Position numbers and translations under genes: made by a program | Notes under the pieces: generated by a model | The model's input: the letters and a program-made list of their open reading frames with translations, nothing else | Databases searched by the model: none | Told to the model about the DNA's origin: nothing | In this document: piece by piece, positions 1 to 10,209 of the stretch | How the letters are laid out: each line of letters begins with the position of its first letter | How positions within the stretch are numbered: the first letter of the stretch is position 1 | DNA from: an uncultured Verrucomicrobiae bacterium | GTDB lineage: Bacteria > Verrucomicrobiota > Verrucomicrobiia > Palsa-1439 | NCBI GenBank assembly: GCA_963812605.1 | Contig: CAWEWF010000005.1 | Span: 373,245-437,244, forward strand | Length of the DNA: 64,000 nt | Direction: 5' to 3'

Positions 1-1
1 C

Positions 2-178
2 GCGCTGGTCAATGACCAACTCGTGGAATTGAACAAGACGGCCAAGGTGCAGACCGCACAAGGCGAAGTGGAAATCAAGGCGCTGGAGATTACCCGTGAT
101 CTGGTGTTGTTGGACGTGGGGGGCCAAAAGATCGAGTTGCGTCTCGGTGGGAATGAGCGCAAGCCGACGGACAAATGA
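2..178 (+). CDS. 3' end of a pilus/T2SS accessory protein (PilP/GspB-like), partial
   Basis: Open frame ALVNDQLVELNKTAKV...KPTDK* ending immediately before the secretin gene. Confidence 0.5.
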   Translation, partial: ALVNDQLVELNKTAKVQTAQGEVEIKALEITRDLVLLDVGGQKIELRLGGNERKPTDK

Positions 179-226
179 GTGGACAAGTCTACTGGCCCAG
201 ATGCTGCTCATGATAAGGAGGATAAC

Positions 227-1822
227 ATGACGAAGACACTACGATGCTTCATCCCTGGCGCGGTTGGCGCGCTGGCGATGTTCACACTGGCCTACGCGAA
301 CGACGGCGCCGCGGCAACAAACGCGGTTATGTCGAACATCGTCTCCGCCCCGGCGACGATGACGGTGGCGCCCACCAACACCGTGGCATCCCCGAACATG
401 CCGGTTGTCGTCGATGCGCAGCCGGTTTCCGACGAACCGATCGAAATCGGCTACATCGAGGCTGATATCCAGAATGTCCTGCGCACGCTGGCGGCCAAGG
501 CGGAAATCAACCTGATCCTTGGTGATGAAGTGACCGGCAAGGTCACAGTGAATTTGAAGGGCGTCTCCTATGAGCAGGCGATGCAGTTGATCGCGGAGTC
601 CAAGGGCTATGCCTACGTGAAGGACAAGAACATCGTCAAGGTGAAATCCAAGGAATCCCTGGATACCGAGGCGGTGGAACTGCGCGTCGTCACGCTGAAT
701 TACGCGAAGGCGGACGATATCAAAAAGACGCTCGACGGTGTGCTGACGAAGCAGGGCAAGATTCAAATCGATACCCGCAGCAATACGCTGGTGCTTTCCG
801 ATACGCCGTCCAATCTGTCGAAGATGATGCCGCTGATTCAAGCGCTCGACACGCAAACACCACAGGTATTGATCGAAGCGAAATTCGTGGAAACCACGAA
901 GAATCCCCAGAAAGACCTGGGGATTAACTGGAGCGGCACGCTGTTGAACCATCAGGTGATCGCGGGCGGCGCGGCCACGATCACCCCGGGCACGGCTCCG
1001 ATCATTCCTGTTAACACTCAGAACCAACCCGCTGGCGGCTTTCAGTTTTCAAAGCCGCCGGGTGGCTCCTTGATTACGCCATGGGGGGCCGGGTCCGCAC
1101 TGCTCGACGTAGGCCAGGCCAACATTGTCTTCTCTTTTTTGAGCCAGGACACGGACACGGAATTGCTGGCCAATCCGCGCGTGGTGACCACGGACAACGT
1201 CAAGGCGCGGATTTCGATTGCGGAACAGTTCCCGATTCCAAATTTTTCCTTCAGCGAACAGACCGCGTCGCTGCAGATCAATGGGTTTGAGTACAAGGAC
1301 ATCGGCATCATCCTGAGCGTGTTGCCGCGGGTGAACAAAGACGACTTCATTACGCTCGAAGTAGCGCCCGAAGCCAGCAGTTCCACGGAGAACGCGACGT
1401 TGCAGAGCGGCGGCGGCTCCTCCGTCCTGATTCCAATCATCAATACCCGCACGGCGACCACGACGGTGCTCATCAAGAGCGGCAACACACTGGCGATTGG
1501 CGGGCTGATGCGCCAGGACGCGAGCGACAGTTACTCGAAAGTCCCGGTAATCGGCGATGCGCCACTGATCGGTTCCTTCTTCCGCAGCAAGAGTCTCAAC
1601 AAAACGAAACGCGATCTATTGATTTTCCTGACGCCGACCATCGTGCGTGGAGATTCGCAGGCAACGGGCTACGAGAAGTACGCCAAAGGCCTGCCGAATA
1701 AAGAAGTGTACACCGATGACAAGTGGATGCCGAGGGACAACGCGAAGCCGCGTCCGGTATTCGGCCTGTTCGGTGCCCCGGCAAACAACAATCCACCCGC
1801 GCAGAATTTCAGCCCGCAATAG
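227..1822 (+). CDS. Type IV pilus/type II secretion secretin (PilQ/GspD family)
   Basis: RBS AAGGAGG before ATG 227; signal peptide; STN/N domains; secretin motifs QVLIEAKFVE, LANPRVVT, KVPVIGDAPLIGSFFRS, LLIFLTPTIV. Confidence 0.93.
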   Translation: MTKTLRCFIPGAVGALAMFTLAYANDGAAATNAVMSNIVSAPATMTVAPTNTVASPNMPVVVDAQPVSDEPIEIGYIEADIQNVLRTLAAKAEINLILGDEVTGKVTVNLKGVSYEQAMQLIAESKGYAYVKDKNIVKVKSKESLDTEAVELRVVTLNYAKADDIKKTLDGVLTKQGKIQIDTRSNTLVLSDTPSNLSKMMPLIQALDTQTPQVLIEAKFVETTKNPQKDLGINWSGTLLNHQVIAGGAATITPGTAPIIPVNTQNQPAGGFQFSKPPGGSLITPWGAGSALLDVGQANIVFSFLSQDTDTELLANPRVVTTDNVKARISIAEQFPIPNFSFSEQTASLQINGFEYKDIGIILSVLPRVNKDDFITLEVAPEASSSTENATLQSGGGSSVLIPIINTRTATTTVLIKSGNTLAIGGLMRQDASDSYSKVPVIGDAPLIGSFFRSKSLNKTKRDLLIFLTPTIVRGDSQATGYEKYAKGLPNKEVYTDDKWMPRDNAKPRPVFGLFGAPANNNPPAQNFSPQ

Positions 1823-1872
1823 TATTGTCCGGGATGAGGTGTTGGTTCCCGACGGGTGAGGGCGGGAGCCAT

Positions 1873-1914
1873 GGTAGGGAGGGGCGTCCCTCGATGGACG
1901 CCCCTCGCACTACC
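1873..1914. repeat. REP-like palindrome (GTAG...CTAC)
   Basis: GGTAGGGAGGGGCGTCC-CTCGAT-GGACGCCCCTCGCACTACC hairpin after the secretin stop. Confidence 0.6.
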
Positions 1915-2024
1915 GAGAGTGATCCTCGATTCTGAAAATCAGGCAAAGCCGTCTGGCAACGCGCGACCTTGGGAATCCCTCGAGAATTCGCGTGGTTTTC
2001 ACTTCTTTCACGAAGCCGTCATGA

Positions 2025-2041
2025 CGGGTATAGCAACTGCT
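2025..2041 (+). promoter_or_regulatory. Candidate sigma54 -24/-12 promoter of the minor pilin operon
   Basis: GG(2027-28)-N10-GC(2039-40) in CGGGTATAGCAACTGCT, 40 bp upstream of ATG 2080. Confidence 0.45.
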
Positions 2042-2079
2042 TTTATGGAATTGAAAGGTGTGCGGCCGGCACGGGAGAG

Positions 2080-2472
2080 ATGATGATGCGGAAGTCATTC
2101 CAGGCGCGAGAGGGGTTCACGCTGGTCGAGTCCGTGATGGCCGTCATAATCCTTGGCGTTGCGCTTGGCGCCTGCATCCTGAGTTTCAGCATGGCCATGC
2201 GGACGGTCAATACCGCGACCAATCAGATGGCCGCGGTGCATGCCGCCCGCACCGAACTGGAGGGCCTGCGAACGTACAGCCTTACGAATGCCTCGTCCTT
2301 GACGAGCGGCACGCACTCGTTCACCAACAACCTCACCGGTACGTATGTCGTGAGCAATGTAAATACCTGGACGAGCATTGTCACGGTGAGCGTCCCCTAC
2401 ACCAATCATATCCACGGCAAGTTCTCGACAAACACATTGGCGACGACACTCGTCTCCACGTTGCACCCATGA
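2080..2472 (+). CDS. Prepilin-type N-methylation domain protein (PilV-like minor pilin)
   Basis: G|FTLVE cleavage motif followed by a hydrophobic helix. Confidence 0.88.
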   Translation: MMMRKSFQAREGFTLVESVMAVIILGVALGACILSFSMAMRTVNTATNQMAAVHAARTELEGLRTYSLTNASSLTSGTHSFTNNLTGTYVVSNVNTWTSIVTVSVPYTNHIHGKFSTNTLATTLVSTLHP

Positions 2473-2960
2473 AAATCCCGCGAATCAATCTACGGAGATC
2501 GTCCGGTGGCTTTACGCTTGTCGAGATGTTGATATCGGTGTCGGTCCTTACCATTGTCGTTGTCGGCACCTTCAACGTGTTCGTCCAGACCATCCGCTCG
2601 TATAACGCGACGACCCTGATGCGGACTTCCGCGACGCGCGCCAGCCTCGCCTTGGATCGCATGGTGTACGGCGTGGGCACCAATAATGGGTTGCGGGAGG
2701 CCGCCCGGGCCAGCGTGACGGTGAGTAACGTGAGTTCCACCTTTTGGCGGCTCTCCTTTACCAACAGCGCCTATTTTCAATGGTCATCGACCACCAAGTG
2801 CATCACCGATCAATCGGGGAAAACAATCGGCACGAATGTTATTACCTCGACACTGAGCACCAACGGGAGCGGCTGCACGATTTCGCTTTCGGTCGCGGAG
2901 AGCGGGGGCGGCCGCATCATCACCAACACCATGGCCACCTTCGTACAATTCAGGAATTGA
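2469..2960 (+). CDS. Prepilin-type N-methylation domain protein (PilW-like minor pilin)
   Basis: GG|FTLVEMLI motif; ATGA overlap with the previous gene. Confidence 0.88.
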   Translation: MKIPRINLRRSSGGFTLVEMLISVSVLTIVVVGTFNVFVQTIRSYNATTLMRTSATRASLALDRMVYGVGTNNGLREAARASVTVSNVSSTFWRLSFTNSAYFQWSSTTKCITDQSGKTIGTNVITSTLSTNGSGCTISLSVAESGGGRIITNTMATFVQFRN

Positions 2961-3007
2961 GTTTTGGAACAAGCATGTCGGCAGCATTTCCAGAGGAAGG
3001 GGTAGTC

Positions 3008-4357
3008 ATGAAGAGAATCAAGCAGGGTTGCCGGAGTCAGCGGGGTTCCGTTCTGGTGGTCGTGATGGCCATTCTGTTCATCACCGTGGGGTTGGTGCTA
3101 GGGATTCTTGACGTGGCCAGCAACACCCGCAAGGCGGCGCAAGAACAGGCCGCCATGGAACAGGCGATGTTTGTGGCCGAAGGCGGCATGGAGATCGGCG
3201 CTCGTTTCGTCGAGTCCAACGTCGTCACGCTGGTCTCCTCGGCCACCGGTGCCACCAACGGCACCGGGACCATCAGCACGGGCACAGGCAATACGGGGAC
3301 GTACAGCTATTACATCACGAGAACCAATGGCAGCAGTTTCAGTGTCGTCTCTACCGGCAGCGTCAATGCCGTAATTCACGCGGGAACAGTTACCCGCGTG
3401 GTCAGCCTGATGCGCGTCTATCAGCCTTCCTACGCGCAGTATTCCTTCTGGGCCGCCACCAACGGCGGGATCTCCTTCGCGGCCACCGATGTCTTCAGCG
3501 GAGCAGTCCACACGGACGACCAGATGACTTTTATTACTTCCGGTGGAGTCGGCGCGACCTTCGAGTCCACCTGCACGTCCCTGGCGACGACGTATGCGGG
3601 AGACGATTCCGGGTGCACCTTTGCGGACGGTCTGGGCCTGGGGGTTTACGAAGGCACGATGGCCTCGATTGATTTTAATTCCGCGGCGTCGACGTCACTC
3701 AAGAGCACGGCATCAAGCATTGGAAACAGTGGAACACTGCTTTCCGGCAGCACGACCATCACGTTCAACGGCGGCACCATGTCGATCAGCAATGACCGCA
3801 GAGGCTGGACCAATCAGTCGGTCAACATTACTGGCACGGCGATCATCTACGTCCAGACCGTCGCGACGGGTCCAGTCGGCACTCAGCCCGGTACCGTCTA
3901 TCTGAATGGCGGGAAGGTGACGGGCCAACTGACCATCGCCAGTGAGTCAGATATGACCGTCGGCGGCAGCATCACCTACACGACCGATCCGCGTGTTCAT
4001 CCCACTTCCACGGATGCGCTGGGATTGCTTTCGGAAGCCGATGTCTATGTCGGCACCACCGCGCCCAATAATGAGGAGATCGACGCGGCCGTCATGGCAA
4101 CAGGCGAAGCCAGCGGCACCCCTGGCAGCTTCGGCGTCAACAACTACAACAGCGGGTCGCCGCGCGGCACCCTGACCGTTTACGGCGGCATCGTGGAAGA
4201 GAACCGTGGCGCGGTCGGTACGGCCAGCGGCGGCGTTATTAATCATGGATTTAGCAAAGCGTACAGCTACGATCCGCGATTCATCACCACCCCGCCCCCG
4301 TACTATCCGACGGTATCCGGTGTGCTGAAGTTCACGAACTGGGCGGAGGGACATTAG
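3008..4357 (+). CDS. PilX-like N-terminal protein with beta-rich C-terminal domain
   Basis: QRG|SVLVVVM and AMFVAEGG PilX-type motifs; C-terminal GFSKAYSYDPRF..PPPYYP. Confidence 0.75.
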   Translation: MKRIKQGCRSQRGSVLVVVMAILFITVGLVLGILDVASNTRKAAQEQAAMEQAMFVAEGGMEIGARFVESNVVTLVSSATGATNGTGTISTGTGNTGTYSYYITRTNGSSFSVVSTGSVNAVIHAGTVTRVVSLMRVYQPSYAQYSFWAATNGGISFAATDVFSGAVHTDDQMTFITSGGVGATFESTCTSLATTYAGDDSGCTFADGLGLGVYEGTMASIDFNSAASTSLKSTASSIGNSGTLLSGSTTITFNGGTMSISNDRRGWTNQSVNITGTAIIYVQTVATGPVGTQPGTVYLNGGKVTGQLTIASESDMTVGGSITYTTDPRVHPTSTDALGLLSEADVYVGTTAPNNEEIDAAVMATGEASGTPGSFGVNNYNSGSPRGTLTVYGGIVEENRGAVGTASGGVINHGFSKAYSYDPRFITTPPPYYPTVSGVLKFTNWAEGH

Positions 4358-4359
4358 GA

Positions 4360-4794
4360 ATGAGTATCAGGTCCCTGGACACGGATTCCAAGCGCTGGCT
4401 TGCCGTTCTGGGCGCAGCTTGCCTGGTTTCGATGGCCATGCTTGGGCATTCATTTATGAACGCCTTGTCTCCAGTGGAAGAGAACAGTGTCACCATCCAA
4501 AAACCAGCCGCGACCACGGACGAGGCGCGGACCCGAAGCGAACCCGCTTGGAGCGCCCCCCAACAAATCGCTGCGACCGAAAATCACGAGGCGGCCGTTC
4601 GAGTTTCGCCATTCGACGGGAAAAACAGGTTACTGACCAAGAAGGATGAGATAGCGGCGCAACAGGAAGAGGTCCACCGCCAAGCCGACTACCTTCGGAA
4701 GCTTATTGCCGACGGCAAGCTCCCGGCCGGATTAGCCCCTCTCACGAAGGAACAAGTCGATGAGATGGAAAGAAACGGCGAAACCATCCAGTAG
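4360..4794 (+). CDS. Hypothetical membrane-anchored protein
   Basis: 144-aa ORF in operon with pilins; N-terminal hydrophobic segment. Confidence 0.65.
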   Translation: MSIRSLDTDSKRWLAVLGAACLVSMAMLGHSFMNALSPVEENSVTIQKPAATTDEARTRSEPAWSAPQQIAATENHEAAVRVSPFDGKNRLLTKKDEIAAQQEEVHRQADYLRKLIADGKLPAGLAPLTKEQVDEMERNGETIQ

Positions 4795-4812
4795 GTTGGC
4801 CGTCGTCGCCGC

Positions 4813-6241
4813 TTACTTCACTTCCAGCCGCTTGGCGATCCGGAATTTCTCGATGCGTTTGCGCAGCGTCGCGCGGGTGATGCCCAACAGCCGCGCGGCC
4901 TGGACCTGGTTGCCGTTGGTTTCCACGAGGGCCCGCGCGATCAACTCGCGCTCCACCACCGCCATGATCTTCAGTTTCGGGTCCTTCTTCGCGAGCGCAT
5001 AGAGCGGGCGTACCGCCGCGTCGATCGCCGCGGCCAGGTCTTCCGGCGGCACGGTCATGGCCCGCGGTTCGCGGACCTCCGTCGGCAGATCCTTGGGCAG
5101 GATCGAATCGCCGCGAGCCACCACCGCGGCGCGCTCGATCACGTTCTCCAATTCCCGCACATTGCCTGGCCAGGGAGACTTATCGAGGATCCGGAGGGCT
5201 TCCGTCGAGATTTTGGTGACCTTCCCGGGGAGGGTGCCCGACTTCAGGAACTGCTGCAGAAAATAGTCCACCAGCAGACGGATGTCCTCGGGACGCTCGC
5301 GCAACGGCGGCAGGTGGATGCGGACCACATTCAAGCGGTAATATAGATCCTCTCGAAACTTTTTCACGGCGATGAGTTGTTCGGGATGCTTGTTCGTCGC
5401 GGCGATGACGCGCACGTCCACGTGAAAGGTTTGATTACCACCGACGCGCTGGAATTCGCCGTTCTGCAACACGCGCAGGATTTTCGTCTGGGTCGAAAGC
5501 GGCATGTCCCCAATCTCATCGAGGAAAATGGTCCCCTGGTCGCATTGTTCGAATTTGCCGATGCGGCGTTCGACGGCGCCGGTGTACGAACCTTTTTCGT
5601 GGCCGAACAATTCGCTCTCCAACAGGTGTTCGGGAATGGCCGCGCAATTGATGGCCAGGAAGGGATTCTCGGCGCGCCGGCTGATGATGATAAATCGCGC
5701 GGGCGACCAATTCCTTGCCCGTGCCGCTTTCGCCGGTGATGAGCACCGTTGCGTCCGATTGCGATACCTGGCCGATGAGTTTGAAGACCTGCTGCATCGG
5801 CTCGCTCTTGCCGACGATGCCTTCGGCATAGTCTTCGCTCGCCAGCAGCGGCTGGTAGCTCACCACCTCGCGCATGTCGCGGGCGGCCTTCAGCGCGGAT
5901 TCAATGAGCGCTTTGAGTTTCGGCACTTCGAGGGGCTTAAGGACGTAGTCATAAGCGCCCAGCTTCATCGCCTCGATGGCGGTTTGTGTCGTCCCGTAGG
6001 CGGTCATCATGATGATGAGCAGTTTTGGATCGAGCTCGCGCAGCTTGCGCAAGGTGTCGAGCCCGCTGGTCGCGCCCATGCGGATATCCATGACCACGAG
6101 ATTCGGGCGCTCCTTGGCAATCATCCGGATCGCTTCCTCGCCGTTGCCCGCGTCGACCACTTCCAGCGTGTCACTGGCGAGGTTGCGATGGAAGGCGCGC
6201 CGAATGTCCGCCTCGTCGTCGACAACCAGTATCTTATCCAT
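4813..6241 (-). CDS. Sigma54-dependent response regulator (NtrC family), frameshifted near 5684
   Basis: REC domain; GESGTGKE; [15 protein letters not shown]; [10 protein letters not shown]; Fis HTH; split over two ORFs. Confidence 0.92.
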
Positions 6242-6320
6242 GGCGCGGCATCTTAGTCGCGCCAGGCTTGGAGGGCAAGCGTTCCGCTAACCGAACGAAA
6301 AAAAGCGGCGCCATCGAACA

Positions 6321-7712
6321 TCAACCAGGCGCACCGTCATGATGCTGCGCCTGCGCCGCGACGCGGGAGCGGGCGAACTCCAGGGCTTCCGCACGTGATT
6401 TCAGCCGTTCTTCCAGTTGCAACTCCTCTACTTCGTGTAGAATCCGCCCGACCGATGGCCCGGGCTTGAGACCCAGCGCCAGCAAGTCGTGCCCGGTCAG
6501 CAGGGGCGCGGGCTTTAGGACTTCCGGCGGCATCTCGGCGGCTTTCGCTTTCAGGAATTCGTAGTTTTCCAGATTGCGATGGCTGGAGGCGCAGTCGATC
6601 CGGTGCAGTTCCAACTCCTCGGGAAAGGTTTCGCGGGCGAGGAGGCGTTTCAATTTTGCCGGCCGCATCTCCTTGACGAACTGAAACCGCATATGCTCGC
6701 GGACGCTGAGGACGATCTTCTCGATCTCGTCATTCGAGAAGCGCAGCCGGCGCAGAATGATTTCGGCCATTTCCGCCCCGACGCGGTCGTGTTCATTGAA
6801 CCGGATTCGATCCGGCGCGCGCACAAACGTCGGCGGCTTGCCCACGTCATGCAGCAACACCGCAAACGCCAGTACTACGCTTGGGTTTGCGGGCAGCGTA
6901 TCCAGCATCAATCGCGTATGCACGAACACATCGCCCTCGGGATGGAACTCCGGAGGTTGTTCCACCCCTTTCATCGCCGCGAGTTCAGGTAAAATTTCGC
7001 GCAAGAGTCCGCTGGCATCCAGGAGTTCCAGGCCGCGCCCGGCATTTGCCCGTGTAAAGATTTTCACCAACTCATCGCGAATGCGCTCCGCGCTCACCAC
7101 GTGAATCTGTGCGGCCATTTCCTTTACCGCGTCGAAGGTTGCGGTTTCGATTGCGTATCCAAGATTCGCCGCGAAGCGCACGCACCGCAGCAACCGCAGC
7201 TTGTCTTCCGTGAACCGTTCGCGCGGTCCGCCGATGGTCCGCACCAATTTTCGTTCGATATCAGCGCGTCCGCCGACGAAATCAATGATTTGTCCTGGTA
7301 GGGCGGGCTGGCCGGCCCAGCCCAGGCAGGGACGCCTGCGCCACGTCGGGGAGAGGAAGGGGTCGAAGAACAATCCGTTGATCGTGAAATCGCGCCGTCG
7401 CGCGTCTTCTTCGGGAGAACCGTACCGCACCCCGGTCGGTCGCCGGCCATCGACGTACGCTTCGTCCGAGCGAAACGTCGCCACCTCGAATTGATGTCCA
7501 CCCTCCAGCACCAAAACGACCCCGAAAGCCGCGCCGACCGGCACGGTCCTGGCAAACAGCGCCTGAACTTGTTCAGGTGTAGCGCTCGTCGCAATATCGA
7601 TGTCGTGCGGCTCAACCCCGCGCACCATGTCGCGAACGCAACCACCATTGAAATAAGCCATGTGCCCCGCTTCGCGCAGGCGTTTCACGATGCTGATGGC
7701 AGCTTGTTTCAT
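6321..7712 (-). CDS. cca: CCA tRNA nucleotidyltransferase / poly(A) polymerase family with HD domain
   Basis: GGCVRD, DIDIAT, RRDFTIN, EDKLRLLR, ERIRDEL, HPEGDVFVHT, LLHDVGKP. Confidence 0.88.
   Translation of the reverse strand: MKQAAISIVKRLREAGHMAYFNGGCVRDMVRGVEPHDIDIATSATPEQVQALFARTVPVGAAFGVVLVLEGGHQFEVATFRSDEAYVDGRRPTGVRYGSPEEDARRRDFTINGLFFDPFLSPTWRRRPCLGWAGQPALPGQIIDFVGGRADIERKLVRTIGGPRERFTEDKLRLLRCVRFAANLGYAIETATFDAVKEMAAQIHVVSAERIRDELVKIFTRANAGRGLELLDASGLLREILPELAAMKGVEQPPEFHPEGDVFVHTRLMLDTLPANPSVVLAFAVLLHDVGKPPTFVRAPDRIRFNEHDRVGAEMAEIILRRLRFSNDEIEKIVLSVREHMRFQFVKEMRPAKLKRLLARETFPEELELHRIDCASSHRNLENYEFLKAKAAEMPPEVLKPAPLLTGHDLLALGLKPGPSVGRILHEVEELQLEERLKSRAEALEFARSRVAAQAQHHDGAPG
7298..7344. 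repeat. REP-like palindromic element inserted in-frame in cca
   Basis: Minus strand GTGGCGCAGGCGTCCCTGCCTGGGCTGGGCCGGCCAGCCCGCCCTAC; first 22 nt match intergenic 30939-30960 with one mismatch. Confidence 0.7.
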
Positions 7713-7995
7713 GTATGGACACACTAATTGAGCGGTTTGGCAGGTGCAAGCATTGGGCGGAAGTTGTGGGAACGTCGTGCCGAGCGCGTGGCTGTTTATC
7801 GCTCCAAGCTTCCCCAAAAGCCTTCAGAGCCTGTTAACGGGTCTCTGCAACGCTACGCTGCACGGTTAGGAAACGTTTGATCGACGCCAAGAGAATAGTG
7901 CTTGCCTTTCGCAGTCAGAATCGCACTCTGCTTGATGAGGAGCGGTCGGATGGCCTGACAGGGCGAATCCGAAGCCGCGGAGGAAATGCAAATGA

Positions 7996-9431
7996 ATGTT
8001 TTTCATAGTGAGTAAAGCCTTGAGCGTACAAGAAAAACAAATCGATCGGTCTAGGAGCTTGAACAGGCCGAAAGCCGGTCGAGTTCACCCCAGCCGGATA
8101 CGTTACATCATCGCCGGCGCTGCGGCGTCGTTCCGCGACGAACCTGACGGCGACCTGACCACGGCCCAAAGCGATTCTGCCGCCCGCAGCCGCACCTACG
8201 GGGTCTTCATTGGTCTGTTCGTCCTTCTCAGCCTGTTTTTCTCGTTCGTGCCGGTCCATAACAGTCTCAAGAACCGGACGAAGGACTACGACCTCTGGTA
8301 CAACGTGGGAAAGATTGTCCTCCGCGGCGGCGATATTTACCAGAAAGGCGCGGACGGATATTTCCAGTTCATGTATCCGCCCACCGCGGCAGTCTTGCTG
8401 GCGCCAGTGAGCGCGTTGGGACAGAATCCGCTCATCGTCGTCCTGGATGTCATCAACGTCGTGGCCTGGATGGGCAGTGTGCTGATGGGAGTGTACCTGA
8501 TCACGGGGCGAGCCGTACGACAACATCCGTTGCTCTATCTCGTGCCGACGGTATGCACCGCGCCCTACGTGTGGGACATCTACCTGCTGGGACAGGTCAA
8601 CCTCCTGTTGTTGGCGCTGATGCTCGGCGCATTCGTCTGTCTCCGCCTCCGTCGCGAATGGGGCGCCGGCGCGCTGATCGCATTGGCGGTGGGTCTCAAG
8701 GCTTTCCCCATTCTCTCGATCGCGTATCTCGTGTATCGGCGACACTGGACTGCGGTGTTGTCTACGATTGTGTTCCTCGTCGCCTTCCTCGTGCTCTTGC
8801 CGGCGCCGTTCCGGGGGTTTCAACGCAATCTGCAGGACCTCAAGACGTGGACTCAGGGCATGGCGTTCCATTACGATGGGAACTCCATCGCGCAGCGTCC
8901 GCGCCGCGGATACAGTTCGAAAAATCACTCGTTGCTGGCCGTGGCGAATCGCCTCCTGCGGCCGGTGCCGCGCTCGATGGGCCCGGCGAGCCGCGCTACG
9001 TCAACATCGCCGATCTTTCCTTCCACCAGATCAACCTCATCGTGGCGATCGTCGGGTTGGGGTTGTGCCTCTTTTACGTGACCTCGATGCCGCGTTACGC
9101 GCAGCGCACCGGGGAATCTGACTCGATTGAATTTGCCATGCTGCTGCTGATGATCCTGATGTTTTCACCGCTGTCGTTCACGTACTTCTACGTCTGGCTG
9201 CTCTACCCGCTGATGGTGGCGTTGCACATCGTTCTCGCGACGGCCGGCCCGTCGCGGGAGCGGACGTTGAGATGGGTCTGGTTTGTGGTCGTGCTGGTGT
9301 TACTGGGCCTGAATCTGCCATGGTTCAATCGCGCGCAAGCGTTGGACGCACACTTGTGGGTGTGCCTGACGCTGTTGTTCGGGTTGGGCTGGAAACTGCG
9401 GCAACTGAAACCTGCCCCGCTTCCATTGTAG
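7996..9431 (+). CDS. GT87/DUF2029 family membrane glycosyltransferase, frameshifted near 8968
   Basis: FMYPPTAAVLL, LGQVNLLLLAL, LAVGLKAFP motifs; multi-TM; exact start uncertain. Confidence 0.8.
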
Positions 9432-9697
9432 GGCGCGAAGTCCAGAGGGTTTCGCGCCTTCTCGGTTCGGAGGAGCGCAGTCTATCGCGTTCATTGCAAT
9501 ATCGCTGTCACAGGGCTCAACGCCGCATCATGTCACGAAGGCAACTCGAGGTGGGGATGGAAGTCTGAGCGTGGAAGGCTAGAATGGAAGGACTGCAAAA
9601 CATGTTTCCGTGCTGAGTACAGCTTGGCTATGATTTGTTGGAATAAGAGCAATGAGGTGATTGCGAAGATGTTGTTGGTCTATTATCATCAGCGGTG

Positions 9698-9968
9698 ATG
9701 AAACCGGACACTGTCACTGTTTCCCATCTCTTCGATAGCCACGTGTATCTGATACTATCTTTCAGCGAGGCTACGTCTGGACTCTCGAAGGGCAATGGAA
9801 ACCTCTTTGGCAGGACATTTTGAACAGGCTGAGGCGCTACGAACGCACGATCCGGAACAGAAACGGGAGATTCGAAAACATTTTCTTGGAGCGTTTGTTC
9901 TTAATCAGGCAAACATGGGAGTTCGACACGTAGCTACTCAGAAGTCATCGACGGTCAGCAGCGGCTAG
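9698..9968 (+). pseudogene. DUF262 (GmrSD-type restriction N-terminal domain) remnant
   Basis: Across frameshifts: MKPDTVTVSHLF..FQRGYVWTLEGQWKPLWQDI..KHFLGAFVL..EVIDGQQRL, then truncated. Confidence 0.75.
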
Positions 9969-10209
9969 GGCAATTTCGCTCTCCACTGTTCCTTCACTGC
10001 CTGCCAGTTCACAGGGTCATTAGTGGCGTGAATCGCAGTTGTGCGTCGTTGTGGATTGGCGACGGAGTCGCCAGCCTGATTTAGGAATCAGCACAAAACA
10101 CCAGAGTGTGGGGATGAGAGATGAATTATGAAGAATGAAGGGACAGAGGAATGGATTGAGGGATCGCTGCGAAGAACCCACCCCTGTATCTCCTCCGAGG
10201 AGGGGAACC

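Noticed and set aside
1935-2010. Possible c-di-GMP-I riboswitch before the pilin operon (GGCAAA start)
   Set aside because: Lacks the GNRA-capped P2 and the GACGCAAAGC core
7825-7848. CAGAGCCTGTTAACGGGTCTCTG palindrome resembling fused IS ends
   Set aside because: Single short imperfect copy, no associated transposase or TSD
9965-10025. Minus-strand peptide NDPVNWQAVKEQWRAKLP resembling an addiction-module antitoxin C-terminus
   Set aside because: Too short and no recoverable start or toxin partner
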